Shown here piece after piece: positions 51,171 to 64,000 of a DNA stretch of 64,000 nt. The first letter of the stretch is position 1. Every line of letters begins with the position of its first letter. The translations under genes and the position numbers were made by a program. The notes under the pieces were generated by a model. The model did not search any database and was not told the DNA's origin. It was given only the letters and a program-made list of their open reading frames with translations. This DNA comes from Mobula hypostoma (lineage: Eukaryota): the NCBI RefSeq assembly GCF_963921235.1, contig NC_086106.1, forward strand, positions 21,018,001-21,082,000. The letters run 5' to 3'.

Positions 51171-52492
51171 GTAAAATTCGGCAGAAGATGAATCAGAGAC
51201 AGTCATAGCTTAATCGTTTCTTGTCAATATGTATATTGGTTGAGCGTGCGATTATTGGAGTGGAATTGCAAGATTATCTGCTTATAATTATCTGATTGAA
51301 ACAACTCTGTCCTGATAAAACCACCATAGCTGGAAATCAAAATTAATAAAAAAGTTTTGCTTCACGTTCTGTTAGCTAATTGTTTCCACAGATATCCTGG
51401 CCGAGACCTTCCTGAGTAATTGTTAAAATGAGTGCTTCTTGTGCATTCGGCTTTTTACCAATACCAAATCAACTCTCTGTACTATGAATTGCAACGGTTA
51501 CCTTTTCAATGGGTACTTCCTAACCAATTAATTAAATATAATTCCGATTATTGTTTTTGTAATGTGGATAAGTATTTCCTTTATCCAGGCTTTATCGAAT
51601 GAACATCAATGAAATTATCGTAAACCTATGTTTATTCCCACCCACCCCAATCTGCTCCATCAACAAAAGCATCGCTACAAATAAGCAGTTTGCCAAATAT
51701 CAATTTCCTCAAATACAGAGGCTTTAATTGCAGCAATGCACGTTGAACTCTTGGGATTATAGAGCTCGTGTTTTCAATATTTTTACAGTTATATAATCAC
51801 ATACTCGTTACATTCTGATATCAATGCAGTATGGCTTACTGTAATTTAACGGATATTTTGTACGAAAGGTTGTCTGCTTTGCAGATTCCATTTCTGCTTG
51901 CATAATTGGATGCGGCGAAGGATCAATCAATATTTTGCCTATAAAGATCACAAAACAAAGAGAGTAGATTTTATTTGTTTTTTTTTGTGATATCTTTTGA
52001 GGAGTTCCTCCTTACAGACATTAGTGCATTCAAACATTGTATCTTCCTGAACATGCTTCCACTGATCGCAAACCTGATTAGGGAGCAATGTTATTCACTC
52101 GGGAGCATTTTCTCCAGCCATGATTTTGTTTGTTCGTTATTAAGAAAATGATATTTCTAAAGTGAAAATATTCTCTGGTTTCTTTCTATAACTTATTATT
52201 TGTTATTTTTGTTTCTCCCGTACACTTTACAATGAGGTCATTCTTTAAACTTCATAGTATTACTTACGATTCTGTGTCCTACACAGCGGGTGATTTTTAT
52301 TTCTATCTCGAAATTTATATGTACATGCATATGAATATAATTTATACGATTAGTTTCCACTGGGAATTCCACGAATAATTAAAACGATCATTATAATATA
52401 TAAATAGATAAAATGCATAATTTTAACATTTTGTGACAAGAGACTGGTATTTCATGCTAGATTCTCCATGATAATCATATTAATTAGTGATG

Positions 52493-52494
<2 letters not shown>

Positions 52495-52552
<58 letters not shown>
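52495..52552. repeat. (TC)29 microsatellite forming the polypyrimidine tract of the GPCR intron
   Basis: Perfect TC run ending just before the acceptor ctcaacag| (exon 2 starts at 52561). Confidence 0.95.
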
Positions 52553-52555
<3 letters not shown>

Positions 52556-52560
52556 AACAG

Positions 52561-53471
52561 GGAATTTGGTGACAATCGTGATTTTATCTCAAGGAAAGTG
52601 CGGCCTCTCGAAATGCGTCACACTCTACTTAGTGTCCATGGCGATTGCGGATTTCCTGGTCATCGCCACTTCGGTGATACTAAGTCGACTTCGGGCTATC
52701 TATTTCCCAGTTAGTTTCCTGTCCACCACGCCAGTAGGTAGTTTGACTATTGTTTTTTTTAGCGGGGTTTCCAAAGACACTTCTGTCTGGTTCACTGTCG
52801 CTTTCACCTTAGACCGGTTCATAGCCATTTCTTCCCAGAAACTGAAAGTAAAATACTGTTCTGAAAAAACCGCTACTATAGTTATAGGAATAGTTTGCTC
52901 ACTGGGATGTTTGATGAACGTTTCTACTCAATTTCTTCTTGAACCGATGTCTGTGGCGCATAACGTGCCCTGGTACTGCGCTATAACAGATGATTATTAT
53001 ATTTCAGTTGTATGGAGAGTTTGTGAATGGACACGCTGTATGCTGAACCCATGCATTTCCTTTCTCTTGATACTGTTACTGAATGCCCTGACGGTCTGAC
53101 ACATTATAGTGGCCAGTAGAGCTCGTAAAAGGCTCCGGGCTCAAGGAACTGGTGCAGCACAAGATGACGCAGAGTTGGAAAGCAGGAGAAGGTCTATCAT
53201 TCTGCTCGTGGCAGTCTCGGGCAGTTTCATCCTGTTGCGTTTCACCTATCTTGTAAATATCCTACTTTTGAAAACTACAGGCAACAATTATCCGAATAGT
53301 TCCAACATCAGAGACCCAAGGTTCATTCTCCAAGAAAGCGGTTACATGTTGGAGCTTCTCAGTTCATGTACTAACTCATGTATATATGTGGGTACTCAGA
53401 ATAAATTCAGGTTACAGTTGAAGAATGCAGTTAAATTTTCATACCAATTCATTCGCAAATCTTTCAAATAA
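52561..53471 (+). pseudogene. GPR139-like class-A GPCR exon 2 with an in-frame premature TGA at 53097-53099
   Basis: GN (TM1), MAIAD (TM2), LDRF (TM3), CxW...NPC (TM5), RRRSIILL (TM6) and SSCTNSCIY (TM7). ORFs 52566-53099 and 53109-53471 are in the same frame. AATAAA at 53777. Confidence 0.8.
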
Positions 53472-54119
53472 TGGGCATAATTATGGGCAAAACTAATAAG
53501 AATATTATCTTAGATTACAATGTTAATAATTTGGAAATTGATTATTGGCTATTTATTTAGCAAGTGCGATTGATTTTGAGTTATGTTCAATTCGCAACTG
53601 CAGTGTTGATGAATACTGAATCGAAACTGGAAAACGTGACTTTAGCTCGTTATTATTCCTCACATGCACCATTTCAGAATTCAGTTCCTGTAATCACAAT
53701 GCCGAAAAACTAAATTCACTTACTTTGAGCTATATGTGCTTCTTATAACTGTAAAAAACATTTTAAAATTACTGTGAATAAACCGAGCAATGATTGGCTC
53801 TATTGCGAATTGCTTTGTGAAATATATTAATAGCTTACCATATTAGAAACATTTCCCCACATAACATATCAGTGTAGCTAACGGTTCGATAATGGATCTG
53901 AAAATATTAAACATTATGAAGGTCAACGGATTGTTGATGTTTCTGATCGATATCGCAGAAGACGAGTGAAGTCGTATGACTTCGCATCTGACACCCTGGT
54001 CCTGCGCCCAAACTCAGTTCACGGTGAAATGATGGTGAGGTGCATTTCAATTCTGACTCATCAGTCCGGCTGGCATATGTGGCGAGATCCAATGAGTTAG
54101 AAATTTTATTTCCTTGCAA

Positions 54120-54601
54120 GATCATAGGTTCACCAGATTGATTCCTGGGATGGGAGAACTTTCATATGAAGAAAGACTGGATTAACTGGGCTTGTACTCG
54201 TTGGAATTTAGAAGATTGAGGGGGGATCTGATTGAAACGTATAAGATCCTAAAGGGATTGGACAGGCTAGATGCAGGAAGATTGTTCCCGATGTTGGGGA
54301 AGTCCAGAACGAAGGGTCACAGTTTGAGGATAGAGGGGAAGCCGAGATTAGGAAAAACTTCTTCACACAGAGAGTGGTGAATCTGTGGGATTCTCTGCCA
54401 CAGGAAACTGTTGAGGCCAGTTCATTGGCTATGTTCAAGAGGGAGTTAGATATGGCCCTTGTGGCTACAGGGGTCAGGGGGTATGGAGGGAAGGCTGGGG
54501 CGGGGTTCTGAGTTGGATGAGCAGCCATGATCATAATAAATGGCGGTGCAGGCTCGAAGGGCAGAATGGCCTACTCCTGCACCTATTTTCTATGTTTCTA
54601 T
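54120..54601 (+). mobile_element. CR1 3' end fragment
   Basis: LYSLEFRRLRGDLIETYKIL..., ending in a ttctatgtttctat tail. Confidence 0.8.
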
Positions 54602-55739
54602 AATTGTTTACCTCAATGCAAAGAGCAAGTGTCAGTTACATCTTCGTTATTTAAGGAAAAGAGAAGCAAAGGTGTAACTTTCCATACTTATAGTATAATT
54701 ATCGGATATTTACTTTTCCTTTTAAAGCCACTGGCATGGGGTTAATATTCGGAAACACTTTGACAGTCGTAGCCAAGGCAAAATATCGGCTCAGATCCAG
54801 GAGAGTCAAAGGGATCGAAAGACTGTTTATTTACATTGAGAAGTGTTGAAATATGTAACGCGCTCCCCGGAAATATTGTGTTAGATACAACCATTATGTC
54901 TAAACTCATTTAGTCGCACAGACATTAAGACAAAAAAGACGTTGAAGAATGAATTATTAATGCAAAAAAAAATATCTCCTTCGATCAGAATGTCGGTGAA
55001 TTACTCCGCTCGCTTGAGTGCTGGACTAGTATTTTAGTATATGACTTTATTATGATGTTTAAAGTTCCATCCTGGGTAGTCCGGAGAAGAAATGTATTTG
55101 TGACTTAATCCCAACTGTTGCTGATTTGCAAGTCTTAGATTCGGGAAACAATGAGGGCAGAAACTGAAATGAAAAAATGCAAATGACAGTGTGACTGCAG
55201 GGTCCTCCTAGTCATTCGAGGAACTGGACGGGTCATGTGAAATTCACTCAATAATTCAGTCTCATTGTTTCAACAGTACGTTTAACGAAATAGGGAGCAT
55301 TCACAGCTTTCGCTTAGCTATTTGTGTTGCGAGATATATTCCAAAACAACTTTCCTCCATTGCTGATAGACTCGACAACGACAGCAAAATGCTGAAAAGA
55401 CTGACGGCAATCGATCTTCGAAATATTGTCACAAAACAATGGGTGATATTAGTCAGTTACATGTTTACCAAACTCTTCTATGACACCATACTCTGGAGGC
55501 CAAACATTGATCACTCTATGAGGAGCTGCTGTAACTCGAGTCCTCTACGGTGTGGAATTCTAACAACTCACAATTTATGAGACCAAGCATGTGATTTGCA
55601 TAGCTGCCGTCCCAATTATAACTTCGTAAATTCAGTGCTGCAATATAAGTGAGGTATAGTCCTAGGAAGAGCATACAGTTCTCGGGCCTCAAGCAAGATA
55701 AACAAATATAACACAAAGTCCAGCTAATTACGTATATAG

Positions 55740-56090
55740 AGAAAAAAAAGTAAACACAATAATGGACTTAAAATCATTTAAGAGTAAAGCTAGGGGAGAC
55801 ATTGATCGCGCGGATAGTCAGATGTTTTCTTTCCAGGTCTGAAATGGATAACGCTAGAGGGCAGAGATTTAAGGACCATAAAAATAGGTCGATGTCAGGC
55901 CTATTTATTTTTTTCACAGAGTGGTGAGTGTGTGGAATGGTCTGACGACGACTGTGGTAGAGGCCGATACAATAGGGTATTTTAAGAGACTCCTGGATAG
56001 GTACCTGGAGCTTATAAAATAGAGGTATATGGGTAACCCCAGGTAATTTCTAAAGTAGGCACACGTTAACCACAACATTGTGGGCCGATG
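55740..56090 (+). mobile_element. Decayed CR1 3' end
   Basis: cacagagtggtgagtgtgtggaatgg...tttaagagactcctggatagg, with a ttctatg tail. Confidence 0.6.
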
Positions 56091-56179
56091 GGCTTGTATT
56101 GTGCCGTAGATTTTCTATGTTTTTTGAGTTTCTATAAGTATTATTTAAACACCGAGAGCCCTTAGTTTCCACAGCTAAA

Positions 56180-57330
56180 TGGATTTTTCGGGTTTGGAGT
56201 CAGCAGTGGAATAATTGCAACAAACGATTAACCTGATGGATGTTAGGTCTCCGCGGCGTGTGGATCATTGATGATAGATTTTGACTTATTTAAGCAGCAC
56301 TTCTTTACCTACAGTCAATTGTTGCGAGGGAAATACCCGTGGTGCATTGGGCAGAGTGCACTCATCTGTAGCTTCTTAAATGTCTGCGCATTTGATTTCT
56401 TGTAACAGACCATGATGGAACGGTTCAGATTATTTCAAAAGTACATTTCTGGAAGTTACAGTTAGAATGGTGGTTGAGAATTTGAACCTCCTTAACCTCC
56501 GAAGAAAGTGAAAGCTAGGGCGCTCTATCGTCATGACTAAGTCTATGTGTGAGGCCGAGAGCTCATCCGATATGCTATAGCGAGAAAATAAAAGCTGTTA
56601 AAAATGGCCAACAGCTGTTTCCATAATGCAGGCTGACGCATGGTCGGCCTCCCTTTCCTTTGTGAAGTACCAGTCAGATTTTAGTTTAGTCAGGTTGACT
56701 GATAGGTAGTTTATCGGGGCAACCGTTCACCAGTTACCTTTTGTCTTTTTAGAAACATCCAAAGTAAAACTCCCACTGAGGGAAAGTGGCAGAGATAGGT
56801 ATCGGGGTTTCAGCGTCAGAACTGCGAAGGTGTCATAGGGAATTGTTCATCAACAGGCAGCAGAGGATGCTTTAACATTTAGCTGACCATGGGGATAAGA
56901 TGTAATGAATATTATCTACTTAATAACAGAATAGGAACAGTCTTAGAATGAGAACATAGTGCAATATTAATCGAATCGTGAGAAGCAGAATACGGAGGCA
57001 TGTTTACAGAAGGAGTGAATAAGCCTGTATTTAATTCCAGGGAGAAGCAGAAAGAAAACAAATCAGAGAAAGAGATAAACATTCTCAGCTGTTACCGGAG
57101 CTGAATAATTTCCATGGAAACAAGGTAAACAACCAACCTGTTGAATTTGCAAAGTTGAATGTTGAGTATGCAGGCTGCAAAGAGCCCGAAGACGAACAAT
57201 GTGCTGTCCCTCAAGTCCCCGTTGCGATGCAGTATGATAGTTATGGAGGCCGAAACCAGGAGTTCAAATGGAAGAGAAATAGAAAATTAAAGTGGCAGCA
57301 AACAGGAGGTCGATGGACCTCTTCAGAATT
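56180..57330 (-). mobile_element. Rex1 3' fragment (about 56180-56700) and Penelope GIY-YIG 3' fragment (about 56930-57330)
   Basis: Degenerate HFLRRLRRF motif and degenerate HFN...QH.VF....LQP..LNI.F motif on the minus strand. Confidence 0.5.
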
Positions 57331-57599
57331 AAAAAAAGAAAAAAAAACAGGTGCTACAAAAAGCTGTGCTGTGGTGTATGTTTGATTTTTCCAATCTATA
57401 GGTGACCTCTTAATTAAAAAAAAATAGTGTATCCCAATGTTGTAACTTTACAATAAAATTGTCTCTATTATTTTCCTTCTCTTTGGCTTTTATTTTGGCG
57501 TCGACCTCTCATAGAACGTCCGATTTAACATGGTGCTATTGAAAATGGAAGACAGCTACCTGTCTGCTTTCAACGCAAGAACCTCGAATATATACTCAA

Positions 57600-60240
57600 A
57601 GAATAGCACATTTATATGGCAAATTGAAGTCATACAGATGGACAGCACAGAAACATGTCCCTGCTCTTCTGTTCCATGCGGAAGACAATTTAAACTCTCT
57701 ACCCCTAACTTGCTACACCGGCCCTAAAGCCCTCCATATCCCAACTACACACGTAGCAATGGAAACTACTTTTATGCGTTCAAATGGAGCTCGGATAGAT
57801 CGTTTGCGCTGCAGCTCATTCCACACCTTCACGATCCTCCAAGAAGTTGCACTCTTGTTCCCCTTAAATGTCTCACCCTTCAAACTTAAGCCAGGACCTC
57901 TGGTTGTAGCCCCACCCAACCTCCGTTGGAAAAGCCTGTTTGAATGTTACTGTCTATTCCACAACTTTTGTTTTATATCTCTAACAACTCTCCACTCAAA
58001 CGTCCACGTTCTAAAGAATACAGCCTTCGAACTTTCCTTGATATGGTATTGGGAAATGAACCTGGTCAGGTGTCAGATCTCTCAGTGGCAGAGCATTTTC
58101 GAGTGAGTGAGCACAATTCTATCACCTTTACCCTAGCATTGGAGAGAGACAGAAAGTTAGGAAAGCGTTTTATTGGAGTAACAGGAAATACGATGTTATC
58201 TGGCAGGAACTTAGATGCATAAATTGGAACATATGTTCTCAGGCAAATGCACGGAAGAAATATGGCAAATGGACAGGGGATTTTGTATAGATACGTTCCG
58301 ATGAGACAGGGAAAGGATGGTAGGGTATAGGAACCGAGATGGACAAAGGCTGTTATAAATCTGATCAAAAGGAGAAGAAGAGCTTACGAAAGGTTCAAAA
58401 AATCAAGGAATGTTAGAGATCTAGAAGATTATAAGGCCAGCAGGAAGGAGCTTACGAAAGAAATTCGGAGAGCCAGAAGATGCTATGAGAAGGGCTTGGC
58501 GGACAAGATTAAGGAAAACCCTAAAACGTTCTAAAGATATGTGAACAGCAAGCGGATAAGACGTGGGAGAACAGGATCAATCAAGTGTGACAGTGGAAAA
58601 GCTTGTACGGAATCTGGGGAGATAGCAGAACTTCTTAATGAGACGTTGCTTCAGTATTCACGACGGAAAAGGATCTTGGCGATATTAGACTTGACTTATA
58701 GGGGACTGAAAAGCTTGTGCGTGTAGATATTAAGAAATAGGATGTGCTGGAGGCTTTGGAAAGCATCGAGTTGGATAAGTCACTGGGAACGGACGAGATG
58801 TATCCCAGGCTCAAACTTTGCATCCTCAGTGGGGACGGGAGAGGTTCCAGAGGACTGGAGGGTTGCGGATGTTGTTTCACTATTCAAGAAAGTGAGTAGA
58901 GATAGCCAAGCAAATTATAGACCAATGATTCTTCCTTCAGTGGTTGGTAGGTTGATGGAGAAAAACTCTGAGAAGCAGGATTTATGAACATTTGGAGGAG
59001 CATAATATGTTTAGAAATAGTCAGCATGGTTTTGACAAAGGCAGTTCGTGCTGTAGGTGACTGATTGAATTTGTTGAGGATGTGACTAAAAGCACTGATG
59101 AATGCAGAGCGGTAGATCTACTGTATATAGATTTCAGCACGGCATTTGAGAAGCTACCGCAGGAAAGGCTTCTTGAGGAAGTAAAAAAGCATCGGATCCC
59201 AATGGACATTGTTTTGTGGATACAAAACTAGTTTTCCCACAGATGGTAAAGTGTGGTTGTAAACAGGTCATATTCGCCATGGAGGTCGGTCACAAGTAGT
59301 GTGGTTCAGATATTTCTTCTGTGACCCCTGCTCTTCGTGATTTATGTAATGACCTGGAGCGATGGGTTAGTAAATTTACTGATGACACAGAGGTTAGAAT
59401 TATTGTGGATAGTGTGGAAAGCTGTCAGAGATTACAGGAGACATTGATAGGATGCAAAACTGAGCTCAGAAGTAGCAGGTGGAGTGCAACCCAGATAAGT
59501 GTAAGGTGGTTCATTTTTGGTAGATCATATATAATGGCAGGATATAGTATTAATGGTAAGAATCTTGGCAGTGTGGATGATCACAGGGATCTTTGTGTCC
59601 AAGTCCATAGGACACTCAAAACTGCTGCACTGGTTGACTCTGTGGTTAGGGTACAAACGGTGCATTGGCCTTCATCAATGGCGAGATTGAGTTTAGGAGC
59701 GGAGAGGTAATGTTACAGCTATATAGGACCCTGGTCAGACACCACTTGGTGTCTACACTATCCTCAACTCCGGTCTCCTCGCTGCAGGAAGGATGTGGAA
59801 ACCATAGAAAGGGTGCAGAAGAGACTTACAAGGAAGTTGCTGGATTGGGGAGCATGCTTTATGACAATAGGTTGAGTGAACACGGCCTTTTTTCCTTGGA
59901 ATAAAGGAAAATGAGGGGTGAACTGATACAGATGTAAACTATGATGAGAGACTTTGAACGTGCAGATAGTCAGAGGCTTTTTTTTTCCCCCAGGGCTAGG
60001 GTGGCTTGCATGAGAGGGCAGAGATTTAAGTTGCTCGGAAGTAGACACAGAGGAGATGACAGGCAATATTTTTTTTTTCGCAGAGAGTGGTGAGTGCGTG
60101 GAATGGGCATCCGGCAACGGCCGTGGAGGCCGATGCGGTAGGGTCTTTTATGAGACTGTTGGTCAATTACATGCAGCTCAGAAAATAAAATAGATTGCTC
60201 CAGGTACCCCGAGGTAATCTCTAAGACAAGGACATGTTCT
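57600..60240. mobile_element. CR1 3' fragment (minus, about 57600-57960) and a longer decayed CR1 (plus, about 58040-60240)
   Basis: MVLGNEPGQV (EN), DWRVADVV.LFKK...NYRP, SKFTDDTEV and LQLYRTLVR motifs. Confidence 0.7.
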
Positions 60241-60349
60241 CCACAGCTTTGTGGCCGAAAAGCCTATATTGTGATCCATGCTTCTAGAACTCAGGTTATC
60301 GAGACCCGGTAACATCCATGCAAAACTCCTCTGCACTCTTTCAAATCAA

Positions 60350-61420
60350 AATCAGGTTTACTATCACTGACGTGTACTGAAATTTGTGAACTTAGCAGCA
60401 GCAGTACAATGCAAATATAATATAGAAGAAAAAGAAACATATACAAAATAGCAATAATAATAATACATAAGTGAATTAATTACACTATGCCTATATTGAT
60501 TAGATGAAAGTTCGTGAAAACATGCAGAAATAATATATTAAAAAAAAGTGAGGTAGAGTTAAAAGGTTCAATGTCCATTTTGGAATCTCATATCAGAAGA
60601 GAAAGAGTTGTTCCTGAGCCGCTTACCGTGTGTCTTTCGGCTTCTGTGCCTCCTACCAGATGGGAACAGTGAGAAAACGCATGCCATCGGTACTGGATGT
60701 CCTAAATAATGGACACTGCCTTTCTGAGACACTTTTCCTTGAAGGTATCCTGGATACTTTTTAGGCTGTTACCCAAAATGAAGCATATTCATCTTACAAC
60801 CCTCTGCAGGTTCTTTCGCTCGTGTGCAGTAGAACACCCCCCCCCCCCACCGCCACCACCCCCATTCAAGACAGTAATGCAGCTAGTCCGAATGCTCTCC
60901 ACGGTACATCTATAGACGTTTTTTGAGTGTATATGTTGACATGCCAGATCTGGACGGACTCGCAATGAAGTATAGTTGCTCTTGTGCCTTCATTATAACT
61001 GCATCGGATGTGTTCAGACTAGGTTAGATTCTCAGAGTTCTTGACACCCAGAAACTTGAAGATGCTCAGTTTCTCCACTTCTGAATTCTCTGTGAGGATT
61101 GGTCTGTGTTCCTTCGTCTTACCCGACTTGAAGTCCGCGATCGCCTCTTTCATCTTACTGCCCGTGAGCGCCAGGTTGTCGCTGCGACACCCGTCTACTT
61201 GTTGGCATATCTCGCTGCTGTACACCCTCTTGTCTCCATCTGGGATTCTACCAACAATGGTTCTATCATCAGAAAATTTATAGATGGGATTTCAGCTATG
61301 CTGCCTAACCACATAGTCATCGTATAGAGAGAGTAAAGTAATGGGATAAGCACCTCTGAGTGCACCAGTGTTGATCAAGTTTTCAACCACATTTACAACT
61401 TTCCTGTAGGTAGGTGACCA
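60350..61420 (-). mobile_element. Rex1/Babar 3' fragment
   Basis: ORF 61019-61225 has NLAL..SKMKEAIADF...KLSIFKFLGVKNSENLT. Confidence 0.6.
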
Positions 61421-62049
61421 CAGCTTCACACAATGTCCTATATTAGACTTCAACAACGGCTTATAGTACTTCAGCATAGCTATCAATACCGCAAATGAAT
61501 GAAGAGACGAGGGAATGCGAGGCTGATCCGACGTCGATTGTTGCGGGAGTCGGAACGATGTCGTGTAACGTTCCAGAAAAAGCTCGAAAGCAGTGGAAAA
61601 CTTGGAACTTCGGACACGAAGATGGAGCGAACGGAGTGGAGACACCTTAAAGTGGAGTTTCTGTCGAGCCCATTACCTTAACCTGGAGCGCACGGCCGAC
61701 TTGGTCGAATACGGGCCAGAAAACGGTCAGAGAATTTCGCTGCGGAAGGGCTCGGGTCTGAAGCGGTTGACCACTCTGCCCTTCGGTAATATAAAGGCCA
61801 GGGCTGATGGAATGAAGCGGCAGGGTGGTAGGACGAAGCGAGGGTCGAGTGGGTCCTGCTCCCCGCCGTTTTACTCTACTCTTCTCTGCGCTGATGCCGA
61901 GACAATGAGATTGCTCCGGCTGCCACGCGGTCGGTGTTTGCAAGCCTCACGCGATTTTCCCGGCTATTTGAATTGAGACTGAAGCCTGAACCGGCTGCTC
62001 CAGAATTCGGGTGTATGACTCAATCTCTTCTGGATGTCGTGGCATGTAT

Positions 62050-62455
62050 AGAACATAGAACGTAGAATAGTACTGCACAGTACAGGCCCTTCGGCCCACA
62101 ATGTCCTGCCGACCCTCAAACCCTGCCTCCCATATAAGACCCCACCTTAGATTCCTCCATATACCTGTCTAGTAGTCTCTTAAACTTCACTAGTATAGCT
62201 GCCTCCACCACTGACTCAGGCAGTGCGTTCCACACACCAACCACTCTCTGAGTAAAACATCTTCCTCTAATATCCCCCCTGAGCTTCCCACACCTTACCT
62301 TAAAGCCATGTCTTCTTGTATTGAGCAGTGGTGCCCTGGGGAAGAGGCGCTGGCTATCCACTCTATCTATTCCTCTTATTATCTTGTACACGTCCATCAT
62401 GTCTCCGCTCATCCTCTTTCTCTCCAAAGAGTAAAGCCCTAGCTCCCTCATTCTC
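62050..62455 (-). mobile_element. CR1 3' end, same subfamily as the 29161 insertion
   Basis: ORF 62116-62451 (LGLYSLERKRM.GDM..VYKIIRGIDRVDSQRLFPRAPLLNTR) is nearly the same as the end of ORF 29288-30403. Tail is (catagaa)n. Confidence 0.85.
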
Positions 62456-62599
62456 TGAAAGCTTTTATTGTTTGCATGATTTGCGCTGTTTTACCGCTAT
62501 CATGTGTAAAATATAATGTGAATCCTTTGAATGTTTGTAATCTTGTCAGCCACGTTAATGCTATGTTGTCTTCAGAATGCTACTTAACTTTTGGATGTA

Positions 62600-64000
62600 T
62601 ATTTCCCACGTCTTCCCAATTATTCCTACACATGCCAGAAATTGATGCACTGCCGTTATCTCTGCCAGTGTTCTCTCCAATCAATTTTCTCCAGCTCCTC
62701 TCACATGCCTCATTTTTTTTACTCCACTTTAATACTGATACATCTGACTTTAGCTTTTCCTCAAATTGCAGGGTGAATTATTTCATAATTTAAGCACTGA
62801 CAACTAAAGGTTCATTTACCTAAAGGTTTTTAATATATTCTGGTTCACCCAATCCGCAATAGCCGATCCCCTATTGGACTCAATCAGGAGCTTCTCTGGA
62901 ATGCCATCTCGTAGGCAGCCTAGAAATGCCCCCTCTTTGGTTCCAGCACTATCCGGAATTTGCAATCTACCTATATATTGAAATCTTTCATAACTTTAGA
63001 TATATATTTTCTAATTCCCGTTGTAATTTGTAGACCAGATGGTTAATACTTTTAGGGAGACTGTATATAACTTTTAACAGGATCGTTTTAGCTCAACCAA
63101 CAAATATTCAACATCTTCCGATCCTTTGATTCCGTTGGATCCTATACTTTCATTTTGCCAACAGAGCCTCACGTCCTCGCTGCCTTCCTGTCTCTTCTTA
63201 CAAGACAATACGTGTTCTTGGACGTTCAGCTAACAGCTATAATCTTCTTTCAGTGTTCCCTACAACATCATACATACTAATATGTAACCATGCCATAAAA
63301 GAAAGTTCCTTTACACTTTAACATACACTGTGTGCGTTACAATAAAAACACCTTTAGTTCTGTATTCATCCTTCTCGATTTATCAGCCTGTTGCAAATCA
63401 TTCCGTTGACTGCAATTTTGTACGATTATCCGACCGTCTTTGTTAGCGGTTTCCCTTTAACTGCCTCTGTTTGTAAACCATATACTCATCCTCAGCACTG
63501 TAAGAACATTTCTCATACCCCTGCCAATTTAGTTTAACTCCCTTAAATTCCAGCAAAGCAGGTCGCAAAGTTGTTGGTCTCCCTCGGCTTCAGGCACAAT
63601 CCATCCCTTTTTCATTGATCTTTCCTTCCCCGGAACACATCCCAACGATTAAGGCCCGCCGCCCCTGTACCAGTTGCTCAACCAAACATTCATCTCTCAA
63701 ATCATTCTATCCTTACCATAACTGACATGTGGCACGGGCAGAAATACAGAGATTAATACGCTGGAGTTGATGTGTTCCATATTTCTACCAAGTTCTCTAA
63801 AATAGCTCTTCAGGACCCACTTTCCTACCGATGTGCTTGGTGCTAATATGTATCAAGTCATCTGACTGCTTACCCTTCCCCACAAAATACCGTCGACCAG
63901 ATCGGAGTCATACTTGATCCGGACACCTGGAAGGCCATACCATCTGCATGCCTCTATTGCGCTCACAGAATATCGCCTCTGTTCCCGGATTGAATCTCCT
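62600..64000 (-). mobile_element. Highly decayed CR1 (EN and esterase ORF1 region)
   Basis: Similar by eye to 9200-10300 (cttggacgttcagct, gggcagaaatacagagatt, ggacacctggaaggccataccatc). Confidence 0.5.

Overview
This is vertebrate genomic DNA, almost certainly a cartilaginous fish and probably a ray (inferred from the SINE, CR1, Penelope and Rex1 repertoire and a GPR139-like receptor). Most of the window is decayed, nested retroelement sequence. The non-repeat content is: (1) two apparently intact T-cell receptor alpha/delta-type V gene segments on the minus strand, each with a leader exon, short intron, V exon and 23-bp-spacer RSS (24325-24794 and 47150-47619); (2) a two-exon class-A GPCR of the GPR139-like type on the plus strand (51101-53471) with one in-frame TGA; (3) two candidate small minus-strand exons (6585-6608 and 246-299) that would encode a cytoplasmic tail ending in a VLYNEI tyrosine motif. 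The two V genes sit in a head-to-tail tandem duplication (11346-28521 and 28522-50802) of a ~14-kb cassette joined at a 3-bp ATA microhomology. Copy-specific insertions followed: a tandem LTR-like element with a self-priming signature in copy 1, and in copy 2 a CR1 that was itself hit by a full-length L1 with a 17-bp TSD. The first 6 kb hold Penelope-derived hammerhead ribozyme remnants, including a TSD-flanked hairpin mini-insertion. No J, D or C segments and no prokaryotic-type systems were found. Transposon boundaries are approximate unless a TSD is given, and family calls come from recognising motifs, not from database searches.
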